64,000 nt of DNA from Eledone cirrhosa (GCA_964016885.1 OZ024740.1:343480001-343544000), one strand, 5' to 3'. Counted from the first letter of the stretch, positions 44,465-58,242 are shown. The notes: generated from the sequence alone by a model not told the origin. Translations and numbers: made by a program.

Positions 44465-45230
44465 CTTATCACCACCACCACTATCACCAACAGCAGCAAC
44501 ACCACCACCACCACCATCCTGACTACCTCCAATATCACCATCACCAACAGCAGTAACACCTACCACCATCTCGCCTATCACGCTTACCATTTCTACCACC
44601 CCAATTTTACCAGCACATCCGACCCACTGCCATCACCATCACCAGTTACACCGTTACCTCCCTCCACCATCTAAACCACTACGCTGAGCGTTCCCGACCC
44701 CAACTCTTTCTCCTTCTTCTCAATCAATATCTCCCCATACATCTCTACCACCACCACCACTGACACCACCACCACCACAACCACCACCACCGCAGCCAAC
44801 CCCACCAATACCACTAGCATCGCCATCAACACCACCACTACCACAACCACCACCACCACCACCACCACCACCACCATCACTACCGCAGCCACAACCACTA
44901 CCACCACTACCACCACCACCATCACCACCACTACCATCACCACCACCACCACCACCACTGCAGCCAACACCACGCCACCACTACCACCATCACCACCACC
45001 ACCACTACCACCACCGCCACCACCACCACCACCACCACTGCAGCCAACACCACCACCACCAATACCACCATCACCACCACCACCACCACTACCATCGCCA
45101 CCACCACCACCACCACCACCGCAGCCAACATCACCACCATCGCCACCACCACCATCGCCACCACCACTATCACCAACATCTTTACAACGGTTCCAGTTAA
45201 CACTACCACCGCCTCCGCCGTCCGCCATTG
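44465..45230. repeat. degenerate (CAC)n trinucleotide region
   Basis: Seen directly; it explains the poly-G/V ORFs. Confidence 0.9.
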
Positions 45231-46036
45231 CTGCAATATATTGACTGATAATTATAGCTGTTAAAAATGTGTATTGTCGTTCATGTTTTTGTTGTTACTA
45301 TTGTTGTTGTAGTAGTTGTTGTTACTTTTATTGTCGTAATTGTTGTTGTTGTTGCTGTTGCTGCTGTTGGTTTTGTTTATTTTCTCTTTAGCTGCCCTCG
45401 CACTGGTTCCACTACACTGGTTTCTTATCGGGAAATGTCAAAACAGGGACGCAGCAATTGTCAAGTCCCTTCCTTGTGCCATAGTTCTATTGTGTGAAAA
45501 GAGAGGAGAATACTTCGCCTGAACGCCGAAGACAAAAGAAAACTAAACAAATAAAGAAAGAAAGCAAGAGAAGATTATGAGAAAGAGAAAAAGAAAAGAA
45601 AACGGAGTGAAAGAGATAGAGAGATAAAGAGAGAAAGAAAGAGAGAGAGAGAGAGAGGGGGGAGGGAGGGCGGTGCGAATAATGGACAAAGAAGGAAGGC
45701 AGTAAAGGAAAATATTGAAAAGAGCTTAACCAAACAAAGTGGGTGTGAAATGTGTTCAAACAAGAATGAAAAGTCCCTCTTTTTGTGTCCATTGTTGAAG
45801 TATTAAATAGTGAATAGTTTTCATGTTTGATGGGTGAGTGTAGTTTCACAAACCACATGACATTTGATTGGATGAAGATGCCTGTTATTGTAACGCACTG
45901 GACTAAAAGCATTACAGTGTTTCGTTTCGTTCGTCACGTTTTCGACTTCAGTGAAATCCAAATGGGCGTCGACTTTACCCTCGAGGGTGACACAATGTAT
46001 ACCAACCAGTAATATGTATATATAGCTGTCGAAACG

Positions 46037-46208
46037 GCACAAGGCCAGAAATAACCCAGTACATTACTGGTACTTTATTTTATCGACCCCGTAAGGATGA
46101 AAGGCAAAGTTAACCTCGGCGGTATTTGAACTCAGAATGGCAAGGGCCGTAACTCTATGCATTAAAGCATGGCGTCAGACCCTCTACCGATACTGCCAAT
46201 CCACCGCC
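46037..46208 (-). mobile_element. tRNA-derived SINE (dominant family), full length
   Basis: Reverse complement of GGCGGTGGATTGGCAGTATCGGTAGAGGGTC..GAGTTCAAATACCGCCGAGGTTAACTTTGCC. Confidence 0.9.
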
Positions 46209-46417
46209 CATATATATATATAATAATAAGGGTTATATATATATATATAACGGCTGAGCTCCTGCCGTTTCAATAGCTAGTTCGGAACTAGCTGTTGAAA
46301 CGACAGGAGCTGGGCCGTCGGGGTCACGAATCCTTCGTATTACCACACTCTACTACTCCAAGTATGGAGTACTCTGGTGAGTAATGGTCTAACAGGTATT
46401 TTAATGCATCCATTCTA

Positions 46418-46467
<50 letters not shown>

Positions 46468-47224
46468 AAGAATTAAACAGAAACAACAAGCAAACAACAC
46501 ACTATAATGAAGAAATATATTACTTTAAAACTTGACATAGCTGAAAAAAAGGCTTTACGTTTCTGTCACTAGTCTGTCATCAGTAGATAGAATGAGAAAT
46601 AAAGGACGAATTAGAAAGATAGTAAATGAAAAGAGGAAGGAGCGGAAACATGATTTTTTAGAAAAAGCACGTGTGCAGTAATATACTGTGTGTAATCAAT
46701 CATCCATAAACTGTTGGTTAAACTATTTGTTATGTTATGTCTGCAGAGCAGGTTTTATTTACAAGCTGAATAAACAAATACTTTCATTCCTCTTCCTCCT
46801 TGTATTTGCAATTTCCGTCGGAAGTTAAAAGCATGCAAAGGAGGAAGGGATCCGTTCCAGTATACTGACTTATTCATGACACACCGAGTGAAGGCGAAGT
46901 CATAGTTGGTGATTCAACGAACCGCTACTGTTTACTGAACATTTTAACACCCCTAAATTATGTATTTACAATATCGATTAAAGCAGTAAAGTAGCAGAGC
47001 CGATGGCCATAATGCCTTCTAGTATTAGATACGTCCATTTACGTCCTATATTCAGTTCTACGCAGAGTCAATTTGCACTTAACCAGATACTTGGGGGACA
47101 ATTTAATCGACATTTCCTTCCCGCCTAAAATTGTGGCTTTTGTTTTTATTTGAAATTAATATATAGATATCGATTTGGTCGATTATATAATTCACTTACT
47201 TTTTTATGGCTTTATTATATGAGC

Positions 47225-49090
47225 AACGATGCTCATGAAGTTTGCTGGGCCTTCATGATTGGTGATAGACAGATTAATAAAGTACGACTTAGAGGTTTGG
47301 CTTTTACACCTACGTCCCTTCTTCTGATTACTGAACGCTGAAGCTGGCGCATTACTGCTCTAGCTCCTGCAGTTGCTGCACTTAATTCAGCCTCCTGCCT
47401 TCCATTCACCGTGAACAAGGCCCAGCGATACTTGAACTTCTCCATCTGCTTCAGTGGAAATCTACTCACATGTAGAGTGTACTGCAGAGGCTTCTTTGAG
47501 AGAGCGAGTATTTCACTCTTCGTAGTACCGATTTTCATTCCTAACGTGCAACACTTGACATCAAACCTAACAAGTGCATGTCGGAGATCACCTTCTGACG
47601 GGTGAAGTAATACCATGTCGTCCACAAATCCCAGCTGACTGAGCCTACACCTATTAGTCCAAATATCACTTCCACCCCGGCTGCACAGGCCAATTCTGTT
47701 CATGATGATCATGAACAGGAAAGGTGAAAATACGCACCCTTGGCGGCGTCCGACACCCACGTTAAATTGTTTCGACTTACTACCATTCATCCCAACACAA
47801 ATACTAAAGGCATCAAGGCAACAAGAAGCTGTCCGTCGACCCCCTGCTTCTGCAGAACCTTCCAAAACAGCTCCCGTGGAATGCGACTATGTATCTTTTC
47901 GAGGTCTACGGCACAAGCATACAACTCTTTGCAATATTCACGATTTATCAAAGATCTGCCGCAGTCTGAATATTTGGTCGGCTGTGCTTCGTCGGCTGTG
48001 CTTCGTCGGCCGTACTTCGTCCGAGGCGATTACAACACTGTTCATCAGCTTGCTTCAACTCGACAATACCCCTACATCTCTTTGCATAGACTTCACCAAG
48101 GAGATCAATTTATAATTGGAGCCATATATCTCTTGTCTCCCATTTTGAAAATTAGGATTATCATTCTAGATTGCCATTGCTTTGTTGTATTTCCAAAGAT
48201 CCAGACCGCCTGACACACAGAAGTCAGCCAGAGCATAACTTCTCTATTTACGGATTTTAACATTTCGTGTCCAATTTCATCCTCACCAGCTGTCTTTCCA
48301 CATTTGAGCTCTTTAATTGCTTCTGTGATCTCAGCCTCCAAGAGGTTAGTTATCGATCCCAGATGTCCCTCATGTACATCAGAAGATGCTCCTGTGATCC
48401 GGTTTAGGAGTCAGCAAAGTATCCTCTCCACCTCGGGGGGATTCCACTCTCTGAAAAGAAGAGAACCCCAGACACGTTCCTGATAGCTGGTGTGGAGGAG
48501 AACTTCTTATTATGACATCGACGGGTGGTCTACCAGAACACTTTATTTGCTGATCTGAAGACTGATTGCAGCTTAACCCCAAAGTCCTCCGAAGTCTTAA
48601 CTTTGGATGTCATTTGACTTTGCCTTTCATCCTTACGGGGTCGATAAAATAAAGTACCAGTAATGCACTGGGTAATTGCTGGCCTTGTGCCTAAAGTAGA
48701 AACAATTACTGTCTCTGATACGACGTTTTGCGCCTGCTTATACTGCAAGTGCAAGAAAGGGGACCTACTTCTAAGCCAAGATTTATGAATCTCCTTCTTT
48801 TCTCGGATGAGGTCTTTGACCACTTGGTTGAATCAAGTAGTCATCCTACCATCTGTCGCCGCCGCACCAAGCGTCTTTCGCTCACAGCATTTAACAGCTG
48901 AGCTGATCAGTCTCTACTCTGTTTCAATGTCCTCAGTTTTCTCAGTGTGTTCTCTGAATTTGGATGCAATGGTATCTGCAAACATGTTCCTGACTTCCTT
49001 ACATGCCAGCGCTCCCCACTCTATCCTGTAAGGTTGAGTTGGGACTACAAGTTTTGTGGTGTTTCTTAGCTTTAGGTAGTCTCAAGCACA
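47225..49090 (-). pseudogene. decayed non-LTR retrotransposon (RTE-like) reverse transcriptase
   Basis: Frameshifted pieces: AIKELKCGKTAGEDEI..EMLK..WQSRMIILIFKMGDK; GVGRRQGCVFSPFLF; GFVDDMVLL (YADD equivalent); GMKIGTTKSE; MEKFKY. Interrupted by a SINE at 48614-48708. Confidence 0.88.
48614..48708 (+). mobile_element. 5'-truncated SINE nested in the LINE relic
   Basis: Core and tail match the SINE consensus. Confidence 0.9.
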
Positions 49091-51332
49091 GAATAGAAAA
49101 GACCAGAGACAACAACAAAAATAATTATTGATTTATGTCCCCGATTCCTCTTATACCATGTGTATTTATCAATGTATTTGTGTTGAATGAAGGTGCTAAT
49201 AATAGAGAACCCATTATTAGAACAGAATAAATTCGTTAAAAGTGGAATCGACCTGCTTTAGACCAACCTTCACTGAATATGCGCGAGCATACGTTCCTTT
49301 TGTTTTCACTTTGTTTAGTGTACATGGAAACGCAAGTGAATACAACTGATAAAAAATATATATACAAGATAGTTACTACTTAAACGTTCAGCAGGGAGAT
49401 TAAAGGAGAACACTTAAGAATAGTGTATTATTATATCATTACAGAACGGCAGGAAGGAATTAAGGAAAGAAAAAAAATGAATAAAGAAAGGGGAAAATAA
49501 CCAGAACGACAGTCAGAGAAATACAGAGAAAGGAGGAAACAACATCAAGGGGAAATTAATATAACACGATTCAAGGAAAGGAGATAATTATTATAGCAAG
49601 ATTTTTTGTACCATCGAAATCATGTAATGATTTGTTATGAGCCTGTAATAAATTCCAGTACAGACACAAGGCAACCCATTAGTAGTAATGGGTTAATAAA
49701 TTTCAACAACTCCAGTACTTGATAAGTACTTTATTCTATCGACTCCGAAGTATAAAGAGCAGATTCGACTTCGGCGGTATCTGAAATCAGATTGTTAAAT
49801 ATTGCAGAGAATATCCGACACTCAGTCCGCAATACTGGCCATATACCGCCCCGTTTTAAGTAACTATAATAACATTCCTCGTGACTGACTGTAATAATTG
49901 GTAACTCTCACTTACAAACGTTTTCTACATACTCTCGAAGAGAAATCTCATTTTTAACTTGTCAGTTTCAACTTCAATCATAGAAGATCCTTGAGGGAAT
50001 TGACTAACAATATATTTGCCAAGAAATGTCATGATCAGTTCCAAAGGTCCACTCTTCGATGACGCAACAGCCGCAACAGCATCAGCATCATCAGCAGCAA
50101 CAACAACAGCAGCAGCAGAACAACAACAGCAACAACAGTATCAGCAGCAGCAACAACAACAGCTGGAGCAGCAGCGAAATCAACGAGAACCTTTCGCTCA
50201 TAGTACTAGGACCGTCACTTCCGAACCTGTGGCTATGTATTCTTTGGTATTAGACTAGGTTCGCATCCTACCATGTTCACTTGCAAGCTTTTAAGAGATA
50301 TTTCTATGATACTTTTTAGTATTCCACAAAATCTAACTTCATCTCCTCTTCAATTAGTACATCATTCCTCTATCCTTTGTGAGGTGGTTTATATGATTCT
50401 TCAGTTTTTCTTTGAGTATTCTAAGAATCGTGGATTCAATGACATTGCTGAATCGGCTGTTTTAGATTTTTCTTGTCTGTGAATGTTCATGTACGAGAAA
50501 TTGAATGGTCTCTGGTATTATAACTGGTTCGTATTCTGAAGAGAGCAATCACTAAAACGTTTAGTGTGGTACCCTGTAATTTATGTTGACTCGCTGGTCT
50601 TAACCAAACAAATGCATTAAACACAACTTAGATTTTTAAATAAAAAGAAGCATAAATAAATGTTTAAAAAATACAACAAATGAAAACCCTAAAAAACGAA
50701 ATTAAATAAAACAATAATATAAAGCAAGAAAACAAAAAGTCAATAAATAAATAAATAACAATAAAAATAAATATTCATCATAAATGAAATAAATAAAATA
50801 AATAAAATAAATAGAATAAATAAAATAAATAAAATCTAGCTAAAATAAAATGTATAATGAAATAAATTTTAATAGAGATAAAAGAGTATAAGCCAAAAAA
50901 AAAAAAAAAATCTGTGTCAAAGTGTGATCTTTGTCGCCGACAAAGCTATCTCTGAACGCAATGTGGATCATTGTCGGCCATTGTTGCTTTGTTGGCTGGT
51001 TGCGCGCATGTTATCGTTTGTTAGCTTATGTTTTCCTTTTTGGTATACTGTTTTTATTTTATTTAATCTAATTTTATTTTTATGGCTGTTAGTCTGGTTT
51101 ATCTTTTGTTTGTTTGTTTATTTGTTGGTTTACTTGTTTGTTTGTTGGCTTTATGGTTTATGTGCTCATTTGATAACTTTCTGCTTATTTTCGCTTTGTC
51201 TCTGTTTTTCTTCTACTTATATTACTTGTTTTGGTGGGTGATTACTTTTTAGTTTCTACACCATCACCATCGTCATCATTGTCGGCGTTAGCATCATCAT
51301 CAACAACACAACCATCCCAGACCCCACCAACA

Positions 51333-51333
51333 T

Positions 51334-51383
<50 letters not shown>

Positions 51384-51395
51384 CTGATGCTGCTG

Positions 51396-51462
<67 letters not shown>

Positions 51463-51500
51463 AGCTGATGCTACTACTACTACTACTACTACTACTACTG

Positions 51501-51598
<98 letters not shown>

Positions 51599-51613
51599 GC
51601 TACTACTACTACT
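51333..51613. repeat. (CTA)n trinucleotide repeat (similar tracts at 23711-23920 and 43164-43265)
   Basis: Seen directly; it explains the poly-L/S/V ORFs. Confidence 0.95.
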
Positions 51614-51616
51614 TTA

Positions 51617-51655
<39 letters not shown>

Positions 51656-51682
51656 GTATAATAAACAATACAATATAATTAT

Positions 51683-51748
51683 CTCATTACCAGAGGTTTC
51701 CCGAATAAGACGAATACAAGAAACGTCTTCATTCGTTCGTCAGACAAG
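51683..51748 (-). ncRNA. type I hammerhead ribozyme in a ~100-bp island inside (TA)n
   Basis: CUUGU CUGACGA A-CGAAU(G)AAGACG..CGUCUUAUUCG-G GAAA CC UCU GG UA / AUGAG. Stem I has two G-U pairs. Confidence 0.8.
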
Positions 51749-51750
51749 GC

Positions 51751-51810
<60 letters not shown>

Positions 51811-52050
51811 TGTATATATATATATGATACTAATAAACGAAAGATATATACTTTATATCATCTTTATTTTATTATACATATTTCGAAGATGCAGAGTTTT
51901 ATGTATAACATAAACCAAAACATGTCCTCTCCAGACAAAATACATATGAGATGTATAATTTTTTCATGATATGCTGGTAGACGAACGAGCTAGACAGATC
52001 GGTGACCACCAATTATATATGTGTAATATATATATATATATATATCGTCC

Positions 52051-52203
52051 CCTTAATCTATTTTATTTCTCATTCTTTCTTCTGATGAAGGAATAGCCTC
52101 CAAAACGTTAAGACTCTCTTCTTGCTATATCAAGCGTTAACCTAATATATACCTTCCATATACTGTACCGATTTTGTTGTTATTTCTGTTTACCTTTTAC
52201 ATG
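52051..52203 (+). mobile_element. short HHR-bearing repeat family, copy 2
   Basis: TCTT CTGATGA AGGA ATAGCC TCC AAAA CGTT AAGA at 52078-52113 (G12A variant). Homologous to 36436-36612. Confidence 0.75.
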
Positions 52204-52471
52204 CATATATATATACGCGTGGCAGGGTTGCCCAGTGACAAGTCCTGAATTTGTTGCGTCAAGGCCTGTATCTGTGTTGCTTGCTGTGCCAGTAACTGGT
52301 GTAGATCGGGCATCTCTGTGGCACTGGAGGGCCGAAGGAAAGGATTGGCGGAAGGCACGGCTGGCGTCACATTCGCTAAATTGAGTGCGGATGTGGTACC
52401 TCCATGATCTTATCAGCCAGCTCAGCGAGTTCTTCTGTGGTGGTGGACTCCCTGGTGGACGCTAAGACAAA

Positions 52472-52860
52472 TTATGTGGCAGAAGGCAAACGCTGGAGGA
52501 AGAGTTGCTTGAAAATTTCATCCGGGAGTTTATGTTCTCCCAGGAGCTGCTTCATTCTCCGTAGGAGTTGCGTCGGCTTTTGATCTCCTAATTCCTCCGA
52601 TATGAGGAGCTGGTGCAAGTGATTCTGCTGCGACTCCGACGTCCTCTTAATTAATGTTGTTTTAAATGTGTCATATGACACAGAGTCGGGTGGTGCTAAA
52701 ATGAGGCCTCGAACCTCATTCATAATCTCCGGAGACATCGAACCAATAACATGTGTTAAACGAGATGCCTCGCTAACGATCCGGTTCGATGTGAACTGCG
52801 CTTCGATGTGCGCGAACCACAGTGTTGGATCGTGCACCCAGATGGTGGTTATCCTTAATG
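52472..52860 (-). pseudogene. retrotransposon gag fragment
   Basis: DPTLWFAHIEAQF..SYDTFKTTLIKR..LHQLLISEELGDQKPTQLLRRMKQL..FLQRLP is a typical Ty3/Gypsy gag N-terminal region. Confidence 0.88.
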
Positions 52861-52911
52861 TAAACGCCGCCCGTTTGTAATGAATAAGCAGAAGGTTGTG
52901 TGTCTGTTTTA

Positions 52912-52922
52912 CGGGGTCACCA
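52912..52922 (-). promoter_or_regulatory. primer-binding site, tRNA-Trp type
   Basis: TGGTGACCCCG is complementary to the eukaryotic tRNA-Trp 3' end (..CGGGGUCACCA) and lies 2 nt from the LTR end. Confidence 0.8.
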
Positions 52923-53717
52923 GTTGTAGCGGATATTCCAGTTGTAACGGATAAGTGAATAGATGGAATTGTTGGTATGATGGTTTCAATGCAAAGAATA
53001 ATACCAGGATTGTGTTGTTACAAAGTTTATTTTATTATAACAATATTCAATTTGAATATTGAATGATAAAATCTATAACATGAAATATTCGTACAATAAT
53101 TTGGTGGCTCTTCGAGCCACGTAAAAACAAGTATCACAGAATACGATTATAAGCTAATTTGTATTGTATCTGAAAGATACAATGTGACAGAAATGGTACG
53201 TATAAAAATGCAAGCAGTGTGAACTTACTGTGTGTGCGTGTGTGCGTATTAGTATACTTTCTTGGTTTAGCAGTAGTAGTAATCACTCAGTCAAGCGTGT
53301 GAGAAGTTAGTAGACAGACATTTTTCGTGACTAGAGCGTGTAAATGCGACTTGTCTTGTCTGTAGTCCACTTTTTCTGCTGGGGCGTAATAAACACTTGT
53401 ATTTATAAGGGTTGAAGCTAGAAGGATAGATATATCCTCTGACCTTTGGTTAGTATCTCCCAAGGGGTTGGTTTGCCAGGCGTAAACAACTCAGATGGAT
53501 GGATATATCATCTGACCTATTTTCTGCCAGGCGTAAACAATCTCTAACCTGTGTTTAGCATCTCCCAAGGGGTTGGTCTGCCGGGTGTAAACAACTAACC
53601 ACGGCTTGTCCCAGAGGCGGGAAAGCTCAGATTCGGTTTCGAATCTTCGCCGCCGTTATATATATATTAGAAAATGGAAGTAAGGTTCTATATAAAGCAG
53701 TGGATATAGAGAAAAGG

Positions 53718-54282
53718 TGAAGTTGGAAATAGCACGGAAAATATATTTAAGGGTCTGTTTTTTTCTTTTTTTAACCTTTCTTTTATTCGTCAAAGTTACA
53801 TTATTGAAAAGATGACATTATTGAAAAAATAAGAGGGACAATTCTTTTTAAAAAAAATTTATAATGTATACAAAGATAATAAAGTATTACCGTTTTCGAT
53901 GTATTATAGCAGCTATCTTCACTACCACCTCTCTCTATTAACAAGAACTCATTCTCCAGCCACATTTTGAGCAAGAAAGATGGGAATAAAACTTACTCCA
54001 ACATTTGATTTTAATTTTAAATCTTTAATTTTTAGTTTTTAACTTCTATTATTCTTTTTAATTTTTATTTCAATACTCAACATTTGATAAGATGAATTTA
54101 AATAATACATCGAAACCGGTAATACTTTATATACTTTATATACTTTATATACATTATAAAACTTAAAAAAAAAGAATTGTCCCTCTCATATTTTCAATAA
54201 TGTCACTTTGACGAATCAAACAAAGGATAAAAAAAGAAAAACAGACCCTTAAATATATTTTCCGTGTTATTTCCAACTTCAC
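53718..54282 (+). mobile_element. ~185-bp inverted repeat with decayed HHR; probable 5'-inverted PLE relic
   Basis: 53718-53907 is the diverged reverse complement of 54102-54282. TTGATAA GATG..CATC GAAA CCGG TA occurs at 54084-54121. Confidence 0.65.
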
Positions 54283-54286
54283 TCAC

Positions 54287-54399
<113 letters not shown>

Positions 54400-54863
54400 C
54401 ACGTATCTTCGTGTTAAGACAGTTGAGATTTGAAGAAGAGTTGGCTACAATTTTATCAGGTCATTTGATTACAAAAGCTTCTTATTTTGCCTCATTTCTT
54501 CCCGTTTTGGGACACCTTTCTTCATGATACTCTCTGTTTGGGTTTTTAGAGGTTGGCAGGTCTGATTTAAATATCTTCACCTGTTTTGTTGATGTTAAAT
54601 CCCAAAGCGACCCTCATGAAGAGGGCTTAAGACTAAAGGCATTCCAGCCATCACTGATTTTTTTATATACAAACATTTCCAGCTATAACGCATTCCGGAT
54701 AACGTTATACAAGGTCTATTATTATATTGGTAGGGTATAATCTTTTAAAAGTTTGGGTACTATTTCTAACAGGTCAGGTCACCACGTAGAGGCCCGATTG
54801 CTGGATTGAAATAACTTCATATAGAGGATTAAGGTTTCTTGGGTTTGGACACAGAAAATAACA

Positions 54864-55373
54864 TTTATATTATAAGAGCGTTGTCTGTCTGTCCATCCGT
54901 CACACTCATTTTACATAGAGAGTGGGGCGCCAACAGAGAGAGAGAGAGAAAAGGGAACGGCGTGTGTTTTGGAGGTGACAGAAAGAGGTAGATGACAGAA
55001 AGTTATTACGTCGCCCTCATATATATAAAGAAAGGGGGAGCTCCTAGCGAAAGAGATGTACAAAATAGAGAGAAAGAGAGGGGGAGCGTCATTTGTATAT
55101 ATAGAGAGAGATAGGGAGAGAGAGAGAAAGTGAGAGAGAGAGAGAGAGAGTGAGAGAGAGAGTGAGAGAGAGAGAGAGAGAAAGTGGGAGAAGACGTCGC
55201 CCTCATATAGTAATAATAAATAAATAAATAAATAAAATAATATAAACATTACTAAAAAGAATGGGAGTGGGGATCGAACGACAAAATCTGACCAAGAAAA
55301 TATTTTTATTAGTCTTTCCATTGCTGATATCTTCCAGCCGCAATTTCTGAAAGCGGTGTCGTCGGTTTTCTAG
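54864..55373 (+). mobile_element. putative non-autonomous Helitron
   Basis: 5' A|TTTATATTATAAG..TGTCTGTCTGTC and a 3' GC-rich segment ending CTAG|T. Same layout as 60895-62082, but the 5' TC and the 3' hairpin are degenerate. Confidence 0.5.
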
Positions 55374-55479
55374 TGGTAGGTGGTGGGATATCAGCTAAAA
55401 ATGAAGAGATTCAGATCAGAATCTACAAAGCAACACGTCAAACTCATTAACAATTCCGCAATCCATAACCTAGGAGCGG

Positions 55480-55790
55480 TACATTTTTTTATCCACACCG
55501 AACAGATGAAAACAAAATAGATCTTTGAGGGATTTGAACACAGGGCGCCAATAACTGTAACAAATATTGACACATTTAATCCAAAGCTTTACCAATTCGG
55601 CCATTTTACCGGCTGTATACAATACAACCCCTCTGATATGAAGCCATAACCATAGGAGTGGTACATTTTTTTCATCCACACAGAACGGATGAAAACAAAG
55701 TAAATCTCTGCGGGATTTGAACTCAGGGCGCAAATCGCTGTAACAAATACTGACACGTTTAATCCAAGGCTTTACCAATTCGGCCATTTT
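55480..55790 (-). mobile_element. two diverged tandem SINE copies
   Basis: Direct repeat of ~183 bp (CCATAACC..GGTACATTTTTT..GGATTTGAAC..TTTACCAATTCGGCCATTTTA) with tRNA A/B-box-like motifs on the minus strand. Confidence 0.7.
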
Positions 55791-56283
55791 ATCGGCCGGC
55801 TGTTTACAACAAAACCCCTCTGATATGAAGCCAACAAAGACACCAACAAAACAATTGGCGAAGCTGAAGATTAAACATCTGATTTATTTCTATCTTTTAT
55901 CAGTAATCGATAATTTATTGTAAAATGTGTTGTTATTTAAAATAAATTTATCCCGTTCCATATCAAATTACACAAATTCTAGTTTGATCTTGGGTTAGAA
56001 CGGTCAACTAAATATTTGGCTAAATATTGTTTCAAACGTGGAATATTATTTTGTATGTATGTATTATGTATGTATGTATATGGATTATATTACAAAGAGT
56101 CGGGATCCCGACAGCTGAGCCCTTGCCGTTTCAACAGCTAGTTCCAGACGTCTGGAACTAGCTGTTGAATGGGTTCAGACGTCGGGGTCCAACTCTTTAT
56201 AATAAAATCATACTCTAAAACCCCAAGTATCGAGTGCTCTGGTGAGTAATTGTCTAACCAGTTTCAAACTGAATCCATCCTAA

Positions 56284-57082
56284 TCATCATCATCATCATC
56301 ATCATCGTTTAACGTCTATCTTCCACGCTAGCATGGGTTTAGACGGGAATTGTCCCACTTGAGGCAAGATTGGGCGTCTCGCTCGTATAGGACTATCTGG
56401 CAGGTTTTCTACGGCTGGATGCCCTTCATAACACCAACCACGTTTACAGTGTGGACTGGGAGGTTTTTATCGTGTTACCTACACGGCCACATTACAGCTG
56501 TGTTCTTTTTTGTCGTGACACCTACACGATCTCATATATTTAGGACTGGATGTTGTGGTACCAACATAACTTTACAGAGAAAGAGGGGGTGTTGAAGGGG
56601 GTGGGTAGTGGGACGGGGGTGTATATTTGGTTAAGAGGTGCCTACTGACTGTAGGTTTCGCTTTGTACTTAGGCAAGGCGGGTTTTCTGTATTACTGCGT
56701 AGCGCCAAAGATCTCGGTCCAGTGACATTGTCTTAGAGAGGTGTGTGTAAGGTCGGAATTTATCAAATCGTACCAGGTTTTTCTGGGTCTGCCTACTCCG
56801 TAACTTCTGTCAATTTTGATCGCGCTGCACTGCTTTATACAGCTGTCGTCTTTCATGCGCATCACCTAACCATACCAACGTAGTCTTCTCTCTAGTAAAC
56901 AGCATCTGATCTCTCTTATACCTAATTTCTCACTTAGTTCATTTATGGTTTGCTGTTCACGTATATTACTATTAGACATCCAGCGGAGCATGCATGCTTC
57001 ATTCCTCTCCAGTATGTGCAGATCCTCTGCACACAATGCCCATGTCTCACTGCCATGTAACATAGCTGTTCGTATGCAGGCA
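56284..57082 (-). mobile_element. RTE-clade LINE 3' end with (GAT)n tail
   Basis: AMLHGSETWAL..LERNEACMLRWM..RRLRWYG..GRPRKTW, then a 3' UTR ending in (GAT)n at 56284-56305. Confidence 0.85.
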
Positions 57083-57230
57083 AATTACATAATAAACAAC
57101 AAGATGTAATTATTCCATTTCCAAAGGTTTCAGGAAACTAGACGATCTTAACAGAAACGTCTGGCACGCTCATTTTCATCTGAAACCTTTGGTAATGGTA
57201 TAATTAAATTGTGTTGTTTATTATGTAATT
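57083..57230. repeat. 51-bp inverted repeat derived from the 3' half of the 51683 HHR family
   Basis: Arms at 57083-57133 and 57180-57230. GAAACCTTTGGTAATGGTATAATTAAATTGTGTTGTTTAT resembles GAAACCTCTGGTAATGAGATAATTATATTGTATTGTTTAT (reverse complement of 51661-51700). Confidence 0.75.
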
Positions 57231-57296
57231 AAATAGCTCTGTATTATACATAGAGTACTCTTCTTCCCTTTACCTTTTCTACGGAAATACATAACA

Positions 57297-57445
<149 letters not shown>

Positions 57446-58077
57446 TTATATATATATATATATATAAATTTTAGTACAGCATAGACGAAGCTCTAGTATA
57501 CGGTCAAGCTAGCGTGTATGCTTATTCGGTTTGTAGCTTTAGCACTCATATGAGGTAAGACCCCAGAGTATAACATTATGTTCAGACAGCTTAGCAAATT
57601 AGATATAGCAGTCGGCAGTCCGACCGCATCACTAGAGCAACGAAAATACAGGACCCAGGTAAAGATTTTTTACTGACCTGGACATAACGCTGAGGCTGGG
57701 TGTAAAATATACAATCCACAAGGTATTTCCACAATATTGATCGCAAAATCGCACGCAGCGACAGCGCTAAGTTTCTGCAAATCCATGATCGACAAATTCC
57801 TATTGCAGGAGTCTGCAATATAATGGTTTTTGACGACAGAACATAGAATTTACTTCTTCAGCAAGTCTTTCGTTCTTAGCCAAAGCGGGTATGCTGTGAC
57901 TTTAAAGGTCGCCACAGACACATGGTTTTGTCCGAAGGGAGGTAACCCCCGCTTAGGCGGTGTATTCTAATTTGAGATAAAGGAATGAATCCCCTTATTC
58001 AAACCGAATAAAGCACTCGACTAGAAGTTATCAAACAAACTTAAACAATTAATTAATCAATAGAATCATCAAATAAA

Positions 58078-58108
<31 letters not shown>

Positions 58109-58242
58109 CTGTATATATATATACTGTATATATATATATATATATATATAAACAATGATTTATTTGTTTTGTTGATTATTCAACAAAGTTAATTTATAAC
58201 AGATTAGAAGCATTCAATAGATTTCTTCTGAGTATAATATCA

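Larger units (their letters stand above)
52217..53660 (-). mobile_element. Gypsy-type LTR retrotransposon relic: 5' LTR + PBS + gag fragment
   Basis: LTR ~52925-53660 with inverted ends TGTAGCGG / CCGTTATA, and TATAAA (~53401) upstream of AATAAA (~53030) on the minus strand. PBS TGGTGACCCCG immediately follows the LTR, then gag. Confidence 0.85.

Noticed and set aside
45821-46042. Protein-like ORFs on both strands
   Set aside because: They overlap a decayed SINE-like sequence and have no recognisable domain.
57509-58024. Possible MITE (TGCTTATTCGGTTTG / CAAACCGAATAAAGCA)
   Set aside because: Short imperfect inverted match, no clear TSD and no second copy in the window.
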